In this document: positions 9,891 through 20,797 of the stretch, in pieces
Position numbering within the stretch: the first letter of the stretch is position 1
How the letters are laid out: each line of letters starts with the position of its first letter
Source: an uncultured Clostridium sp.
Lineage (GTDB): Bacteria > Bacillota > Clostridia > TANB77 > CAG-508
Direction: 5' to 3'
Assembly (NCBI GenBank): GCA_948473335.1
Contig: CAOKXF010000004.1
Span: 70,530 to 134,529, forward strand
Length of the DNA stretch: 64,000 nucleotides
The notes under the pieces: generated by a model
Database searches by the model: none
Seen by the model: the letters and a program-made list of their open reading frames with translations, nothing else
What the model was told of the DNA's origin: nothing
Position numbers and translations under genes: made by a program

Positions 9891-12800
9891 ATGCAAACAA
9901 TAACAAAAAATGCGAAGAGAGGGATAGTTTTGGAAACGAAAAAAGTATTACAAATAAATGGAATAGCAGTAGACAAGAATCAATTAAAAAAACAATTAGA
10001 AAATATAGCAGTTACACATAATTTGAAATCAAAAACAGACAAGTCAACATATCCAATACCAAGAATGATAGAAAACTATGAAGTGATAAAAACTGTATAT
10101 AAAATGTTAAACGATAATTTAAAACAAGAAATAACAATACATCCAGCGGGAGAGTGGTTACTAGATAATTTTTATATAATAGAAGAAATAGTAAAGGTAA
10201 TAAAAAAAGAACTAACACAAAAAAAGTACCAAAACTTTGTAGGCATAAAAAGTGGAAAATATGAAGGATATGCAAGAATATATGTATTAGCATCAGAAAT
10301 AGTAGCATATACAGATAACAAAATAAATAGAGAAGAACTAGAAGAATATCTAGTAGCATATCAAAAAGCAAAATATTTAAGTATGGAAGAAGTATGGAAT
10401 ATAGGAATATTCTTGCAAATAGCAATAATAGAAAATATCAGAGAAATATGCGAAAAAATATATAGTTCACAAATACAAAAAATAAAAGCGAAAAATATAA
10501 TAGAAAAAACATTAGAAAAGGAGCAAGTTAATACAAAAGAGAGTAATATAATAAAAAAAGAAGTAAATAAAAAAATAAAATTAAATGAGATAGATAATTC
10601 AAGATATGCATATATAGAATATATGTCATATACTCTAAAAAAGTATGGAAAAAAAGCATATAGTTATCAAAAAACATTAGAAGAAATAATAAGTAGAACA
10701 GGAATAACAGTACAAGAAGCAATAAAAAGAGAACATATAGATATAGCAGTAAGGAAAGTATCAATTGGAAATGGAATATTAAGTTTAAAAGCAATACAAA
10801 GAATGAATTTCTCAGAAATATTTGAGAAAGTAAATGGAATAGAAGAATTACTAAGACAAGATCCAGCAGGTGTATATGAAAAAATGGATTACAAAACAAA
10901 GGAATATTATAGAAATCAAATAAAAGAAATAGGATATGAAACAAAAATATCAGAAATTTATATAACACAAAAACTATTGGAATTAGCTAATGATTATGAA
11001 GAAGGAAGCAGAAAAAGTCATGTAGGTTATTATCTAATAGATAAGGGAATAAAAGATTTATATAAAAAATTAGGATATAAATACAAAGATATACAAAAGG
11101 AAAATAAAATGAAGATATATATTTTAACAACAATATTTTTCAGTATATCAATATCAATAATATTAGGTTTAACATTAAATAAAAGTGAAAATATAATTTA
11201 TGGAATAATAGGGTCAATATTATTAATAATACCAATATCAGAGATTATAATACAAATAATGCAATATATATTAGGTAAAATAATAAAACCAAAGATAATA
11301 CCCAAAATGGATTTTACAAATGGAATAGATAAAGAAAATGCAACTTTTGTGGTAATACCAACAATAGTAAAGACAAGAGAAAAAGTAAGAGAATTAGCAA
11401 GAAAATTAGAAGTATTTTATTTAGCTAACAAAAGTGAAAACTTATATTTTGCAATATTAGGAGATTGCTCAGAAAGTAAGAGAGAAGAAGAGAGTTTCGA
11501 TGGAGAAGTAATAGAAACAGGAATAAAGGAAATAGAAAAATTAAATAAAAAATATTCAAAGGAATATCCAAAATTTAATTTTATATATAGAAAAAGACAA
11601 TGGAATAAACAAGAAAATTCATATTTAGGTTGGGAAAGAAAAAGGGGTTATTTAAACCAATTTAATCAATTTTTATTAGGACAAGAACAAGGAAATTTTA
11701 GAATAAATACAATACCCAAACAAAATATGCCACATATAAAATATGTAATAACATTGGACTCAGATACAGATTTACCTATAGAGACAGCAGCAGAATTGAT
11801 AGGAGCGATGGCACATATATTAAACAAACCAATAATAGATGAAAACAAAAATATTGTTATAGAAGGATATGGAATCATGCAACCAAGGATAGGCGTAAAA
11901 TTAGATGTAAGTTATAAGAACTTATTTACAAAAATATTTGCAGGACAGGGAGGAACAGATTTATATTCAAATGCTATATCAGATGTGTATCAAGATAATT
12001 TTGGAGAAGGAATATTTACAGGAAAGGGAATATATGACTTAAATGTGTTTAATACAGTTATGAAAGGTTCTATACCTGAAAATACAGTATTAAGTCATGA
12101 CTTGTTGGAAGGATGTTATTTAAGGTGTGGACTAGTTTCAGATATTATGTTAATTGATGATTATCCAAGTAAATATATGAGTCATATAAATAGACTAGCA
12201 AGATGGACAAGAGGAGACTGGCAAATTATAAAATGGTTGAAAAATAAACAGTTAAATGTAATATCAAAGTATAAAATATTTGATAATTTACGAAGAAGTT
12301 TATTAGAAATTGCAACTATAGTTTGTATGGCATATTTTATAAAAAACAAAATCTTAATAGCTATATCACTTCTTGCAATTGTTATACCATATATATTGGA
12401 AATAATTAATTATGTAATATTCAGAAAAGAAGGAGAAAAATATCAAAAGACATTTATACACAAAGTAGGAACAATACAAGGGGCAATATATAGGATAGCA
12501 TTAACAATAGGAACATTGCCTTATAAAGCATATATGTCACTTGTAGCAATATCAAAGACCTTATATAGATTAATAATATCGCACAAGAATCTACTAGAAT
12601 GGACTACATCAGAAGAAGCTGAAAAAACTTCAAAAACAGATTTATTGTCATATTATAAGATAATGTTATCTAATATAGTATTAGGAGTATTGATTATAAT
12701 TTTAGCGATAAAAGACAGAAATATATTTGAAATAATGATAGGGATATTATGGATTATAACTCCTGGAATAATGTGTCATATAAGTAAAACTCCAAAAGAG

Positions 12801-15638
12801 AATAAAAAAGTTAATGAAATTACAAATCAAGAAAAGAATTATATTATAGATGTGGCAAAAAGAACCTGGAACTTTTTTGAAAATTATATTACAAAAGAAA
12901 ATAATTATTTGATAATAGATAATTATCAAGAAGGAAGAATTCCACAAGTAGTACAAAGAACATCATCAACAAACATTGGATTATCTTTACTTGCTATAAT
13001 ATCAAGTTATGATATGCAGTTTATTTCAAAAGATAGAGCAATAAATTTGTTAGAGAAAATAATAGATATTGTAGAAAGTTTACCAAAATGGAATGGTCAT
13101 TTATATAATTGGTATAATACAAAAACGATGCAAAGTTTAGTGCCAAGATATGTATCGACTGTAGATAGTGGTAACTTTGTAGGATATTTATATGTAACGA
13201 GAGGATTTATAAGTGATTTATTAGAAAAATATAAGAATTTACAATTAAAAATAATAGTAAAAAATAATAAAAAGAAAAGTAAGAATAAAAAGGCAGAAAA
13301 GGTAAAAAAATATAAAGGAAGAAAAAGAATAGAGAAATTAAATCATATAGAAAAACTATGTAAGATGGAAAAACAATTAACTATGCTAATAAAAAATACA
13401 GATTTCTCAGTATTATATAGTCAAGAACAAAGATTATTTTCAATAGGATTTAATGTAGAAGAAAATAAATTAACAGATTCATATTATGATTTATTAGCTT
13501 CAGAAGCAAGACAAGCAAGTATTGTTGCAATAGCAAAAAAGGATGTACCAGTAAAACATTGGCATAATTTAAGTAGAACTCTTACAAATTTAAATGAATA
13601 CAAAGGACTTATATCTTGGTCAGGAACAGCATTTGAGTATTTAATGCCAAATATAAATATACCAGTATATAAAGGAAGTCTAATGGATGAATCATGTAAA
13701 TTTATGATAATGAGTCAAAAGGAATATGCAAAAAAATTGGGAATATCGTGGGGAATATCAGAAGCGGCATTTAATCTAAAAGATTTACAGTCAAATTATC
13801 AGTATAAAGCATTTGGAATACCATGGCTAGGGCTAAAAAGAGGATTAGCAGATGAGATGGTAGTTTCAAGCTATGGAAGCATATTAGCTATAAACTATGT
13901 GCCAAAAGATGTTATAAAAAATCTAAAAGAATTAGAAAATCAAGGCATGCTTAATAAATATGGATTTTACGAAGCAATAGATTATACACCAGAACGATTA
14001 GGAAAAGGAGAGACATCATCAGTTGTAAGGACATATATGGCACATCATCAAGCACTTATATTATTATCCATCAATAATTTATTAAATGATAATATATTTC
14101 AAAAAAGATTTATGTATAATCCAGAAATAGAGGGAACACAGATACTATTGCAAGAAAGAATGCCTGAAACATTTATAATTACAAAGGAGACAAAAGAAAA
14201 AATCGAAAAAATAAAATATAAAGATTATGAAGGATATTCAGAGCAAATGTTTAACAAAATTGATGAGAGAGTAATTAGAGGAAATGTAATATCTAATACT
14301 AACTATACTATAGGAATAAATCAAAAAGGAAATGGATTTAGTAAATTTGGAGATATCTATATAAATAGATACAAAAAAACGTCAGAAGAAAATCAGGGAA
14401 TATTTTTATATGTAAAAAATATTCAAACAAATAAAATATGGTCAACAAATTATATGAATTCAAATGATACTGTGAAAAATGAAAATTATAGTATAAGTTT
14501 TATGCCAGATAGAATAAAACAAAAAATGATAGTAGATGGAATAAAGACAACAATGAATGTAACAGTAAGTTCAGATGACCCAGTTGAAATAAGAAGATTA
14601 GAAATTACAAATAATACAAATACAGAGCAAACATTGGAAGTAGTAAGCTATTTTGAACCAATATTATCAAAAAAGGAACAAGATTATGCGCATCAAGCAT
14701 TTAATAATCTGTTTTTAGTATATGAGTATGACGAAAAAAGCGGAGCATTAATTGTTAAAAGAAAAAAGAGAGGAACAAATGACAGAGAAGTTTATTTAGC
14801 GACTAAATTATCCACAAATGCTGAACAAATTGGGGAAACCGAATATGAAATTGATAAAGAAAAGTTTATAGGTAGAGGAAATTTAGAAGTTCCAAAGATG
14901 ATAAAACAGTCATTACCATTCTCAAAAAATGTAGGACTAGTGACAGAACCAATCGTAGCTATGAAGAATATAGTGAAGGTTTTACCAGAAGAAACAGTAT
15001 TTGTTGATTTAATTATATCAGTAGAAAATGATAGGGAACAATGTGTACAGAATTTAGAAAAATATCAGATTAGTAATATAGAAAGAACATTTGAAATTTC
15101 TAAGGCAAGATGCGAAGCAGAAAGTAGATATCTAAATGTAAAAGGAAAAGAAATTGAATTATATCAAAAAATGCTTTCATATATTTTATTTGATAATCCA
15201 TTAAAATCGAAATGGCTAAAAAATGTACCTAAAGAAAAGTATAGTCAATGTGAATTATGGAAATATGGAATTTCAGGAGATATGCCAATTATATTAGTAC
15301 AGATTAGAAATATTAATGATGTATATGTAATTAAACAGGTATTAAAGGCTTATGAATTTTTTAGAACAAAAAATATATTTGTAGAGATGGTTATTTTAAA
15401 TGAAGAAAAGTATAGTTATGAGAGCTATGTTAGAGATGAAATAGAAAAGGAAATTGCTAATAGCAATATGACTTATTTGAAAAATATAAGAAGTGGAATA
15501 TTTTTATTAGAGAAAAGTAAAATGGATATAAAAGATGTAAATTTAATAAAATTTGTTTCAAGTATAATCATAGATAGTCACTTGGGAAATTTAAAAACAG
15601 TTATAAATGATATGGAGGATGATGAACTTGGAAAGTAA
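9891..15638 (+). CDS. Cyclic beta-1,2-glucan synthase (Cgs/NdvB)-like membrane glycosyltransferase: N-terminal region, TMs, GT domain, TMs and a large alpha-helical middle region.
   Basis: 1915 aa. TM clusters at ~aa 405-470 and ~800-900 flank a GT-A-like domain with a DxD motif (ITLDSDTDLP). The topology and size match the N-terminal two-thirds of Cgs. The start is uncertain (no clear RBS at 9891; a TTG at ~9931 has a better RBS). Confidence 0.6.
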   Translation: MQTITKNAKRGIVLETKKVLQINGIAVDKNQLKKQLENIAVTHNLKSKTDKSTYPIPRMIENYEVIKTVYKMLNDNLKQEITIHPAGEWLLDNFYIIEEIVKVIKKELTQKKYQNFVGIKSGKYEGYARIYVLASEIVAYTDNKINREELEEYLVAYQKAKYLSMEEVWNIGIFLQIAIIENIREICEKIYSSQIQKIKAKNIIEKTLEKEQVNTKESNIIKKEVNKKIKLNEIDNSRYAYIEYMSYTLKKYGKKAYSYQKTLEEIISRTGITVQEAIKREHIDIAVRKVSIGNGILSLKAIQRMNFSEIFEKVNGIEELLRQDPAGVYEKMDYKTKEYYRNQIKEIGYETKISEIYITQKLLELANDYEEGSRKSHVGYYLIDKGIKDLYKKLGYKYKDIQKENKMKIYILTTIFFSISISIILGLTLNKSENIIYGIIGSILLIIPISEIIIQIMQYILGKIIKPKIIPKMDFTNGIDKENATFVVIPTIVKTREKVRELARKLEVFYLANKSENLYFAILGDCSESKREEESFDGEVIETGIKEIEKLNKKYSKEYPKFNFIYRKRQWNKQENSYLGWERKRGYLNQFNQFLLGQEQGNFRINTIPKQNMPHIKYVITLDSDTDLPIETAAELIGAMAHILNKPIIDENKNIVIEGYGIMQPRIGVKLDVSYKNLFTKIFAGQGGTDLYSNAISDVYQDNFGEGIFTGKGIYDLNVFNTVMKGSIPENTVLSHDLLEGCYLRCGLVSDIMLIDDYPSKYMSHINRLARWTRGDWQIIKWLKNKQLNVISKYKIFDNLRRSLLEIATIVCMAYFIKNKILIAISLLAIVIPYILEIINYVIFRKEGEKYQKTFIHKVGTIQGAIYRIALTIGTLPYKAYMSLVAISKTLYRLIISHKNLLEWTTSEEAEKTSKTDLLSYYKIMLSNIVLGVLIIILAIKDRNIFEIMIGILWIITPGIMCHISKTPKENKKVNEITNQEKNYIIDVAKRTWNFFENYITKENNYLIIDNYQEGRIPQVVQRTSSTNIGLSLLAIISSYDMQFISKDRAINLLEKIIDIVESLPKWNGHLYNWYNTKTMQSLVPRYVSTVDSGNFVGYLYVTRGFISDLLEKYKNLQLKIIVKNNKKKSKNKKAEKVKKYKGRKRIEKLNHIEKLCKMEKQLTMLIKNTDFSVLYSQEQRLFSIGFNVEENKLTDSYYDLLASEARQASIVAIAKKDVPVKHWHNLSRTLTNLNEYKGLISWSGTAFEYLMPNINIPVYKGSLMDESCKFMIMSQKEYAKKLGISWGISEAAFNLKDLQSNYQYKAFGIPWLGLKRGLADEMVVSSYGSILAINYVPKDVIKNLKELENQGMLNKYGFYEAIDYTPERLGKGETSSVVRTYMAHHQALILLSINNLLNDNIFQKRFMYNPEIEGTQILLQERMPETFIITKETKEKIEKIKYKDYEGYSEQMFNKIDERVIRGNVISNTNYTIGINQKGNGFSKFGDIYINRYKKTSEENQGIFLYVKNIQTNKIWSTNYMNSNDTVKNENYSISFMPDRIKQKMIVDGIKTTMNVTVSSDDPVEIRRLEITNNTNTEQTLEVVSYFEPILSKKEQDYAHQAFNNLFLVYEYDEKSGALIVKRKKRGTNDREVYLATKLSTNAEQIGETEYEIDKEKFIGRGNLEVPKMIKQSLPFSKNVGLVTEPIVAMKNIVKVLPEETVFVDLIISVENDREQCVQNLEKYQISNIERTFEISKARCEAESRYLNVKGKEIELYQKMLSYILFDNPLKSKWLKNVPKEKYSQCELWKYGISGDMPIILVQIRNINDVYVIKQVLKAYEFFRTKNIFVEMVILNEEKYSYESYVRDEIEKEIANSNMTYLKNIRSGIFLLEKSKMDIKDVNLIKFVSSIIIDSHLGNLKTVINDMEDDELGK

Positions 15639-18210
15639 AGATTTAAAATATTATAATGAATATGGTGGATTTTCACAAGATGGAAAAGAATATATTATAA
15701 AACTCAACAAAGATAATAGGTTACCAGCAGTATGGTGTAATGTGTTAGCAAATGAAAACTTTGGAACAATTGTAACAGAGAACATGGGAGGATATACATG
15801 GTACAAAAATAGTAGACTAAATAGAATTACAGCTTGGAACAATTCATCAACTATGGATGTACCTTCAGAAGTTATATATTTAAAAGATAAAGAGAAAAAT
15901 TTAGTATGGTCATTAGGAGCTAATCCAATGCCAGATGATAATGATTATAATGTTATATATGGTTTTGGATATAGCAAATATATTCATCAAAGTATTAATG
16001 TTATTCAGGAAACTGAAATTTTTATACCAAAAGAAGATAACTGTAAAGTAAATATAATAACTTTAAAAAACACAGAACCAATAAAAAAGAAAATGAAATT
16101 AGTATACTATATAAAACCAGTAATAGGAGAAGATGAAATAAAAAGTAATGGATTTATAAATGTTGAATTAGAAAAGAATAATAATGTAGTAATAGCAAGA
16201 AATTTATATGATTCAGAAACCAATAATCAATTAATTTATGTGTCAAGTAGCGAGAAAATACACAGTTTTACAGGAAATAAAAAGGCTTTTTTAGGTGGAA
16301 ATGGACTGGCTAATCCAGTAGGAATTCATTTAGAAAAATTAGATGAATCAAGTGGTTTGGGATATGATAGTTGCATAGCAATAGAATTTGATGTAGATTT
16401 AGAAAGTTTTGAGACAAAGGAGATTTCGCTAACATTAGGAGCAGTTGTAGAAAATGAGTTAAATGAATTGAATCAAGATAATAATCAAATTGGAACAAAT
16501 GAAATGATAGAAAATAATGAATATAAGGAAATATCATACAAATATAGTAAGATTCAAAATTGTAAAATGGAGCTTGAAAAGGTTAAAAAATATTGGTCTG
16601 AATTGTTAGGGAAAGTTTATGTAGAGACACCATTGGAATCAATGAATATAATGTTAAATGGTTGGATTATGTATCAAACGATAAGCTCTAGATTAATGGG
16701 AAAAACAGGATTTTATCAATCAGGAGGCGCATATGGTTTTAGAGATCAACTGCAAGATACATTAGGAGCGAAATTTTTAGATATAAATTTAATGAAAAAA
16801 CAAATAATAAAACACAGTAGTCATCAGTTCCTAGAAGGAGATGTTGAACATTGGTGGCATGATGAAACACAGAGAGGAATTCGAACAAGATTTTCTGATG
16901 ATTTGTTGTGGTTAGTTTTTTTAGTAATAGAATATATAAATTTTACAGGAGATTATAAAATATTAGATATTCAGACACCATATCTAAAAGGAGAAATATT
17001 AAAAGAACATGAAGAAGAAAAATATGATAAGTATGAAAATACAGTAGAAACGGGAAGTATTCTTGAACATTGTATGAAAGCAATAAATAAGAGTTTGAAT
17101 TTTGGAGAGCATAATCTTCCTAAAATTGGCACAGGTGACTGGAATGATGGATTTAGTGAAGTTGGTAATAAAGGGATAGGAGAAAGTGTTTGGTTAGGTT
17201 TTTTTCAATATTATATTTTTGACAATTTTATTCCAATATGTGAAGAATGGATAAAAATAAATCAGAGTTTTGAGGAGACAACGAAGCAAAATCAGGAGGA
17301 TAAAGAAAAGAGAGAAAACCTAAATTTGGATATTTCTAATAATCCTACTAAGGAAAGTTTAACAGAAGTAGTTTCATTAATAGAAAGACTAAGTAAAATA
17401 AAAATTGAGTTAAAAAAAGCATTGAATTCTTATGCTTGGGATGGAAGATGGTTTAAAAGGGCATTCTGTGATGATGGTTCAGTTTTAGGTACAATTGAAA
17501 ATGAAGAGTGTAAAATAGATAGTATAGCACAGAGTTGGTCAGTTATTTCAAACGGTGGAGATAATGACAAAAAGTATATATCAATGGAAAGTTTAGAAAA
17601 TTACTTAATAGATAGAGAAAATGGTATAATTAAGTTATTAGATCCTCCTTTTGAGAAAAGCAAACTGGAACCAGGATATATAAAAGCATATCTTCCTGGA
17701 GTGAGAGAAAATGGAGGACAATATACACATGCAGCAGTATGGACAATAATTGCTGAAACTTTACTGGGATTTGGTGATAAGGCATTAGATTTATATAGAA
17801 TGATTAGTCCAATTGAGCATACACGAACAAGGGATGCTTCAAATAAATACAAAGTAGAACCGTATGTTATTGCAGCAGATATATATGGTGCAAAGAACTT
17901 AGCTGGTAGAGGGGGATGGACTTGGTATACAGGTTCTTCTAGTTGGTATTACCTTGTAGGAGTTGAGTATATATTAGGTTTAAAAATCAAAAAAGGTATA
18001 CTGACAATAAATCCTTGTATTCCTAAGGAATGGAAAGAATATTCAATTAGGTTTAGGTTTGGTGATAGCTTGTATAAAATAAAAGTTCTTAATGATAATA
18101 TGAAAAATACTGGTGTGGAGAAATTTTTATTAAATGGTGATGAAATTCCTTCTAAAGAACTTCGACTTGTTTCTTCTGGCGGTATATATGATATTAATGT
18201 CATAATGTAA
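15607..18210 (+). CDS. GH94 glycoside phosphorylase (cellobiose/cyclic-glucan phosphorylase family). Cgs C-terminal-module-like.
   Basis: N-terminal beta-sandwich motif (GGFSQDGKEYII...LPAVWCNVLANENFGT), the (alpha/alpha)6 catalytic core (GFYQSGGAYGFRDQLQD) and the catalytic-region motif GTGDWNDGFSEVG. Overlaps the upstream ORF by 32 nt in a different frame. The true start may be ATG 15622 or TTG 15628, after GGAGG. Confidence 0.75.
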   Translation: MIWRMMNLESKDLKYYNEYGGFSQDGKEYIIKLNKDNRLPAVWCNVLANENFGTIVTENMGGYTWYKNSRLNRITAWNNSSTMDVPSEVIYLKDKEKNLVWSLGANPMPDDNDYNVIYGFGYSKYIHQSINVIQETEIFIPKEDNCKVNIITLKNTEPIKKKMKLVYYIKPVIGEDEIKSNGFINVELEKNNNVVIARNLYDSETNNQLIYVSSSEKIHSFTGNKKAFLGGNGLANPVGIHLEKLDESSGLGYDSCIAIEFDVDLESFETKEISLTLGAVVENELNELNQDNNQIGTNEMIENNEYKEISYKYSKIQNCKMELEKVKKYWSELLGKVYVETPLESMNIMLNGWIMYQTISSRLMGKTGFYQSGGAYGFRDQLQDTLGAKFLDINLMKKQIIKHSSHQFLEGDVEHWWHDETQRGIRTRFSDDLLWLVFLVIEYINFTGDYKILDIQTPYLKGEILKEHEEEKYDKYENTVETGSILEHCMKAINKSLNFGEHNLPKIGTGDWNDGFSEVGNKGIGESVWLGFFQYYIFDNFIPICEEWIKINQSFEETTKQNQEDKEKRENLNLDISNNPTKESLTEVVSLIERLSKIKIELKKALNSYAWDGRWFKRAFCDDGSVLGTIENEECKIDSIAQSWSVISNGGDNDKKYISMESLENYLIDRENGIIKLLDPPFEKSKLEPGYIKAYLPGVRENGGQYTHAAVWTIIAETLLGFGDKALDLYRMISPIEHTRTRDASNKYKVEPYVIAADIYGAKNLAGRGGWTWYTGSSSWYYLVGVEYILGLKIKKGILTINPCIPKEWKEYSIRFRFGDSLYKIKVLNDNMKNTGVEKFLLNGDEIPSKELRLVSSGGIYDINVIM

Positions 18211-18342
18211 TTTACTTGCTGTGAATTTTAATTATATTAAATTTTTTCAAAAGAAAAGCACAATAATATGTTCCGAAAAATTAAATATTTTGCTAATTTT
18301 AAAAGCATATATATTACTTATTTGTATAAAATGCTTATTAAC

Positions 18343-18368
18343 AAATGGGCGCAGATATGCGCCTATTA
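18343..18368 (+). terminator. GC-rich palindrome family copy, downstream of the GH94 gene.
   Basis: aaTGGGCGCA-gata-TGCGCCTAtt. It shares the 5' flank gcttattaacaaat with the copy at 21933. Confidence 0.45.
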
Positions 18369-18443
18369 GCAGATATGTTTTATTTCATTTCATTACTTCC
18401 TCATCTTTTTATTGCTTTATAAAGTATTTCTTTTTATTTTTGC

Positions 18444-18472
18444 TTGACTGTATAAAAATGTTATAATAAAAT
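18444..18472 (+). promoter_or_regulatory. Candidate sigmaA promoter TTGACT-17-TAAAAT upstream of recD2.
   Basis: Read directly: ttgactgtataaaaatgttataataaaat. Confidence 0.35.
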
Positions 18473-18510
18473 AGTAAAAATAAAGAAAGATATAGAAGAG
18501 AGGCAGAGTA

Positions 18511-20755
18511 TTGGAGATAGAAGGAATAGTAACTAATATAATATATCAAAATGAAATAAACAGTTATGTAGTAGCTGAATTTGAAATGGAATATGGAGAC
18601 ACAATAATAGTAGGATACTTACCATTTATAAGTGAAGGGGATACACTAAAATTAATCGGAAAATACATAGAACATAAAGAATATGGAGAACAATTCAAAG
18701 TAGATATATTTGAAAAATTAATGCCAAGAACATTAGAAGCATTAGAAATGTATCTAGGAAATGGAAACATAAAAGGAGTAGGGAAAGCAACAGCAAGAAA
18801 AATAGTAAAAAAATTTGGACAAGAAACAACACACATACTGAAATATGAACCAGAAAAATTATCACAAATAGCAGGAATAACAAGCGAAAAAGCACAAGAT
18901 ATATCAACATCATTTATAGAAAATTGGGAAATATGGCAAATAGTAGGATTTTTATCAAAGTTCGGAATAGGAGCAGAGCATGCCCAAAAGGTATTTAAAT
19001 TATTAGGAGTAAGTGCAATAGAAGAGATAGAAGCAAATCCATATTTATTAATAGATATAGCAAAAGGAGTAGACTTTAGGCAAATAGATAAAATGGCTTT
19101 AGACTTAGGAATAGAAGCAAATAATGAAAAGAGAATAAAAAGTGCAATAAAACATGCATTAATAAGAACAACATACAATGGACATTGTTGCGCAGTAAAA
19201 GAAAATCTAATAGAATTTGTACAACAGCTAATAGGAGTAAAAGAAGAAGAAATAGAAAATGCAATAATAGCATTAAAAGTAGCAGATGAAATAGTAGTGG
19301 AGAAACGAGAAAATGAAGAAGAATGGATATATTTAATAGCATTTTATAAAGCAGAAAAAAATATTGCAGAAAACTTAGTAAAATTACAATTAGCAAAAAA
19401 TACAAAAAAGATACATAATGTAAAATCAGAAATAAAGAATATAGAAAAAAGAGAAAATATAGAGTTATCAGACAAACAAAAAGAAGCAGTAGAGATAATA
19501 AGTAATAATAATGTATCAATAATAACTGGAGGACCAGGAACAGGAAAAACGACTATAATAAGAACAATATTAGAAATATACAAAGAAAAGAAAGATAAGG
19601 TTGTATTATGTGCCCCAACAGGAAGAGCAGCAAAAAGAATGACAGAAACAACAGGAGAAGAAGCAAGTACATTACATAGAGTATTAGAAATAGGAAAAAT
19701 AAATGAAGATGGAATATATAAGAAAGACGCAGATTATCAATGTGCACCAATAGATGCTGATATAATAATAGTAGATGAGATGTCAATGGTAGATATATTT
19801 CTGATGAATTACTTATTAAAAAGCATATATATGGGAACAAAATTAGTATTAGTTGGAGATAGCGACCAATTATCATCAGTAGGACCAGGAAATGTGTTAA
19901 AAGATATAATAGAATCAGGAAAAATTGAGACAATACATTTAGATAAAATATTTAGACAAGCAGCACAAAGTAAGATAATAGTAAATGCACATAGAGTGAA
20001 TAATGGAGAAACTTTTTTAAGCAAAGAAGAAGAAACAGAAAATTCAAAAGAAGATTTTTTCTTTATTAGACAAAATGCACAAGAAAAGATGTTAGAAGAA
20101 GTAATATCATTATCAAATGGAAGGTTGAAGAAATTTGGAGATTATGATTTTTTCCAGAATATACAGATATTAACACCTACTAAGAAAGGATTACTTGGAA
20201 CAAAAGAGCTAAACAAAGTATTGCAAGAAATATTAAATCCGCATAGAGAGCGGAGTATCAGAAAAAAGTAATACAGGCACAATATATAGAGAAGGCGATA
20301 GAGTAATGCAAATAAAAAATAATTATGATATATATTGGGAGAAAAAAGTGACTAATTTACAAAATGGGAATGAAGAGTATGAAACTGGTAATGGAGTGTT
20401 CAATGGAGAAATAGGAAAAATAACAAAGATAAATGAAAAAGAAAAAACATTACAAATAAAATTTGATGATGAAAAAGAATGTTGGTATGAATATTCAGAA
20501 TTAGATCAAATAGAGCATAGCTATAGCATAACTATACATAAAGCACAAGGAAGTGAATTTGATGTAGTAATAATGGTAATTCCACCAACAGCACCAATGC
20601 TGTTAACAAGAAATTTGCTTTATACAGGAATAACAAGAGCAAAGAAAATGTTAATAATAATAAGTAATTCACAGATAATAGAATATATGATACAGAATAT
20701 AGATAGCAAAAAAAGAAATACAGGATTAAAATATAAATTAGAACAAATTAAATAA
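18511..20755 (+). pseudogene. recD2: RecD2-like ATP-dependent DNA helicase. Interrupted by a +1 frameshift in an A6 run, so it appears as a 586-aa ORF plus a 149-aa ORF.
   Basis: N-terminal RecD2 fold and Walker A (IITGGPGTGKTT) lie in ORF 18511..20271. The RecD2 C-terminus (GDRVMQIKNNYD...HKAQGSEFD...ITRAKK) lies in ORF 20306..20755. Removing one A from aaaaaa at 20262-20267 gives a continuous ~740-aa protein. TTG start. Confidence 0.7.
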
Positions 20756-20797
20756 TTATGGAAGAACTTAGAGTTCGTAGTAGGAGGTAGACACAAG

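Noticed and set aside
18221-18466. 81-aa ORF in the GH94-recD2 intergenic region.
   Set aside because: It spans the GC-rich palindromic terminator and promoter elements. No RBS and nonsense-like composition, so it is more likely non-coding.
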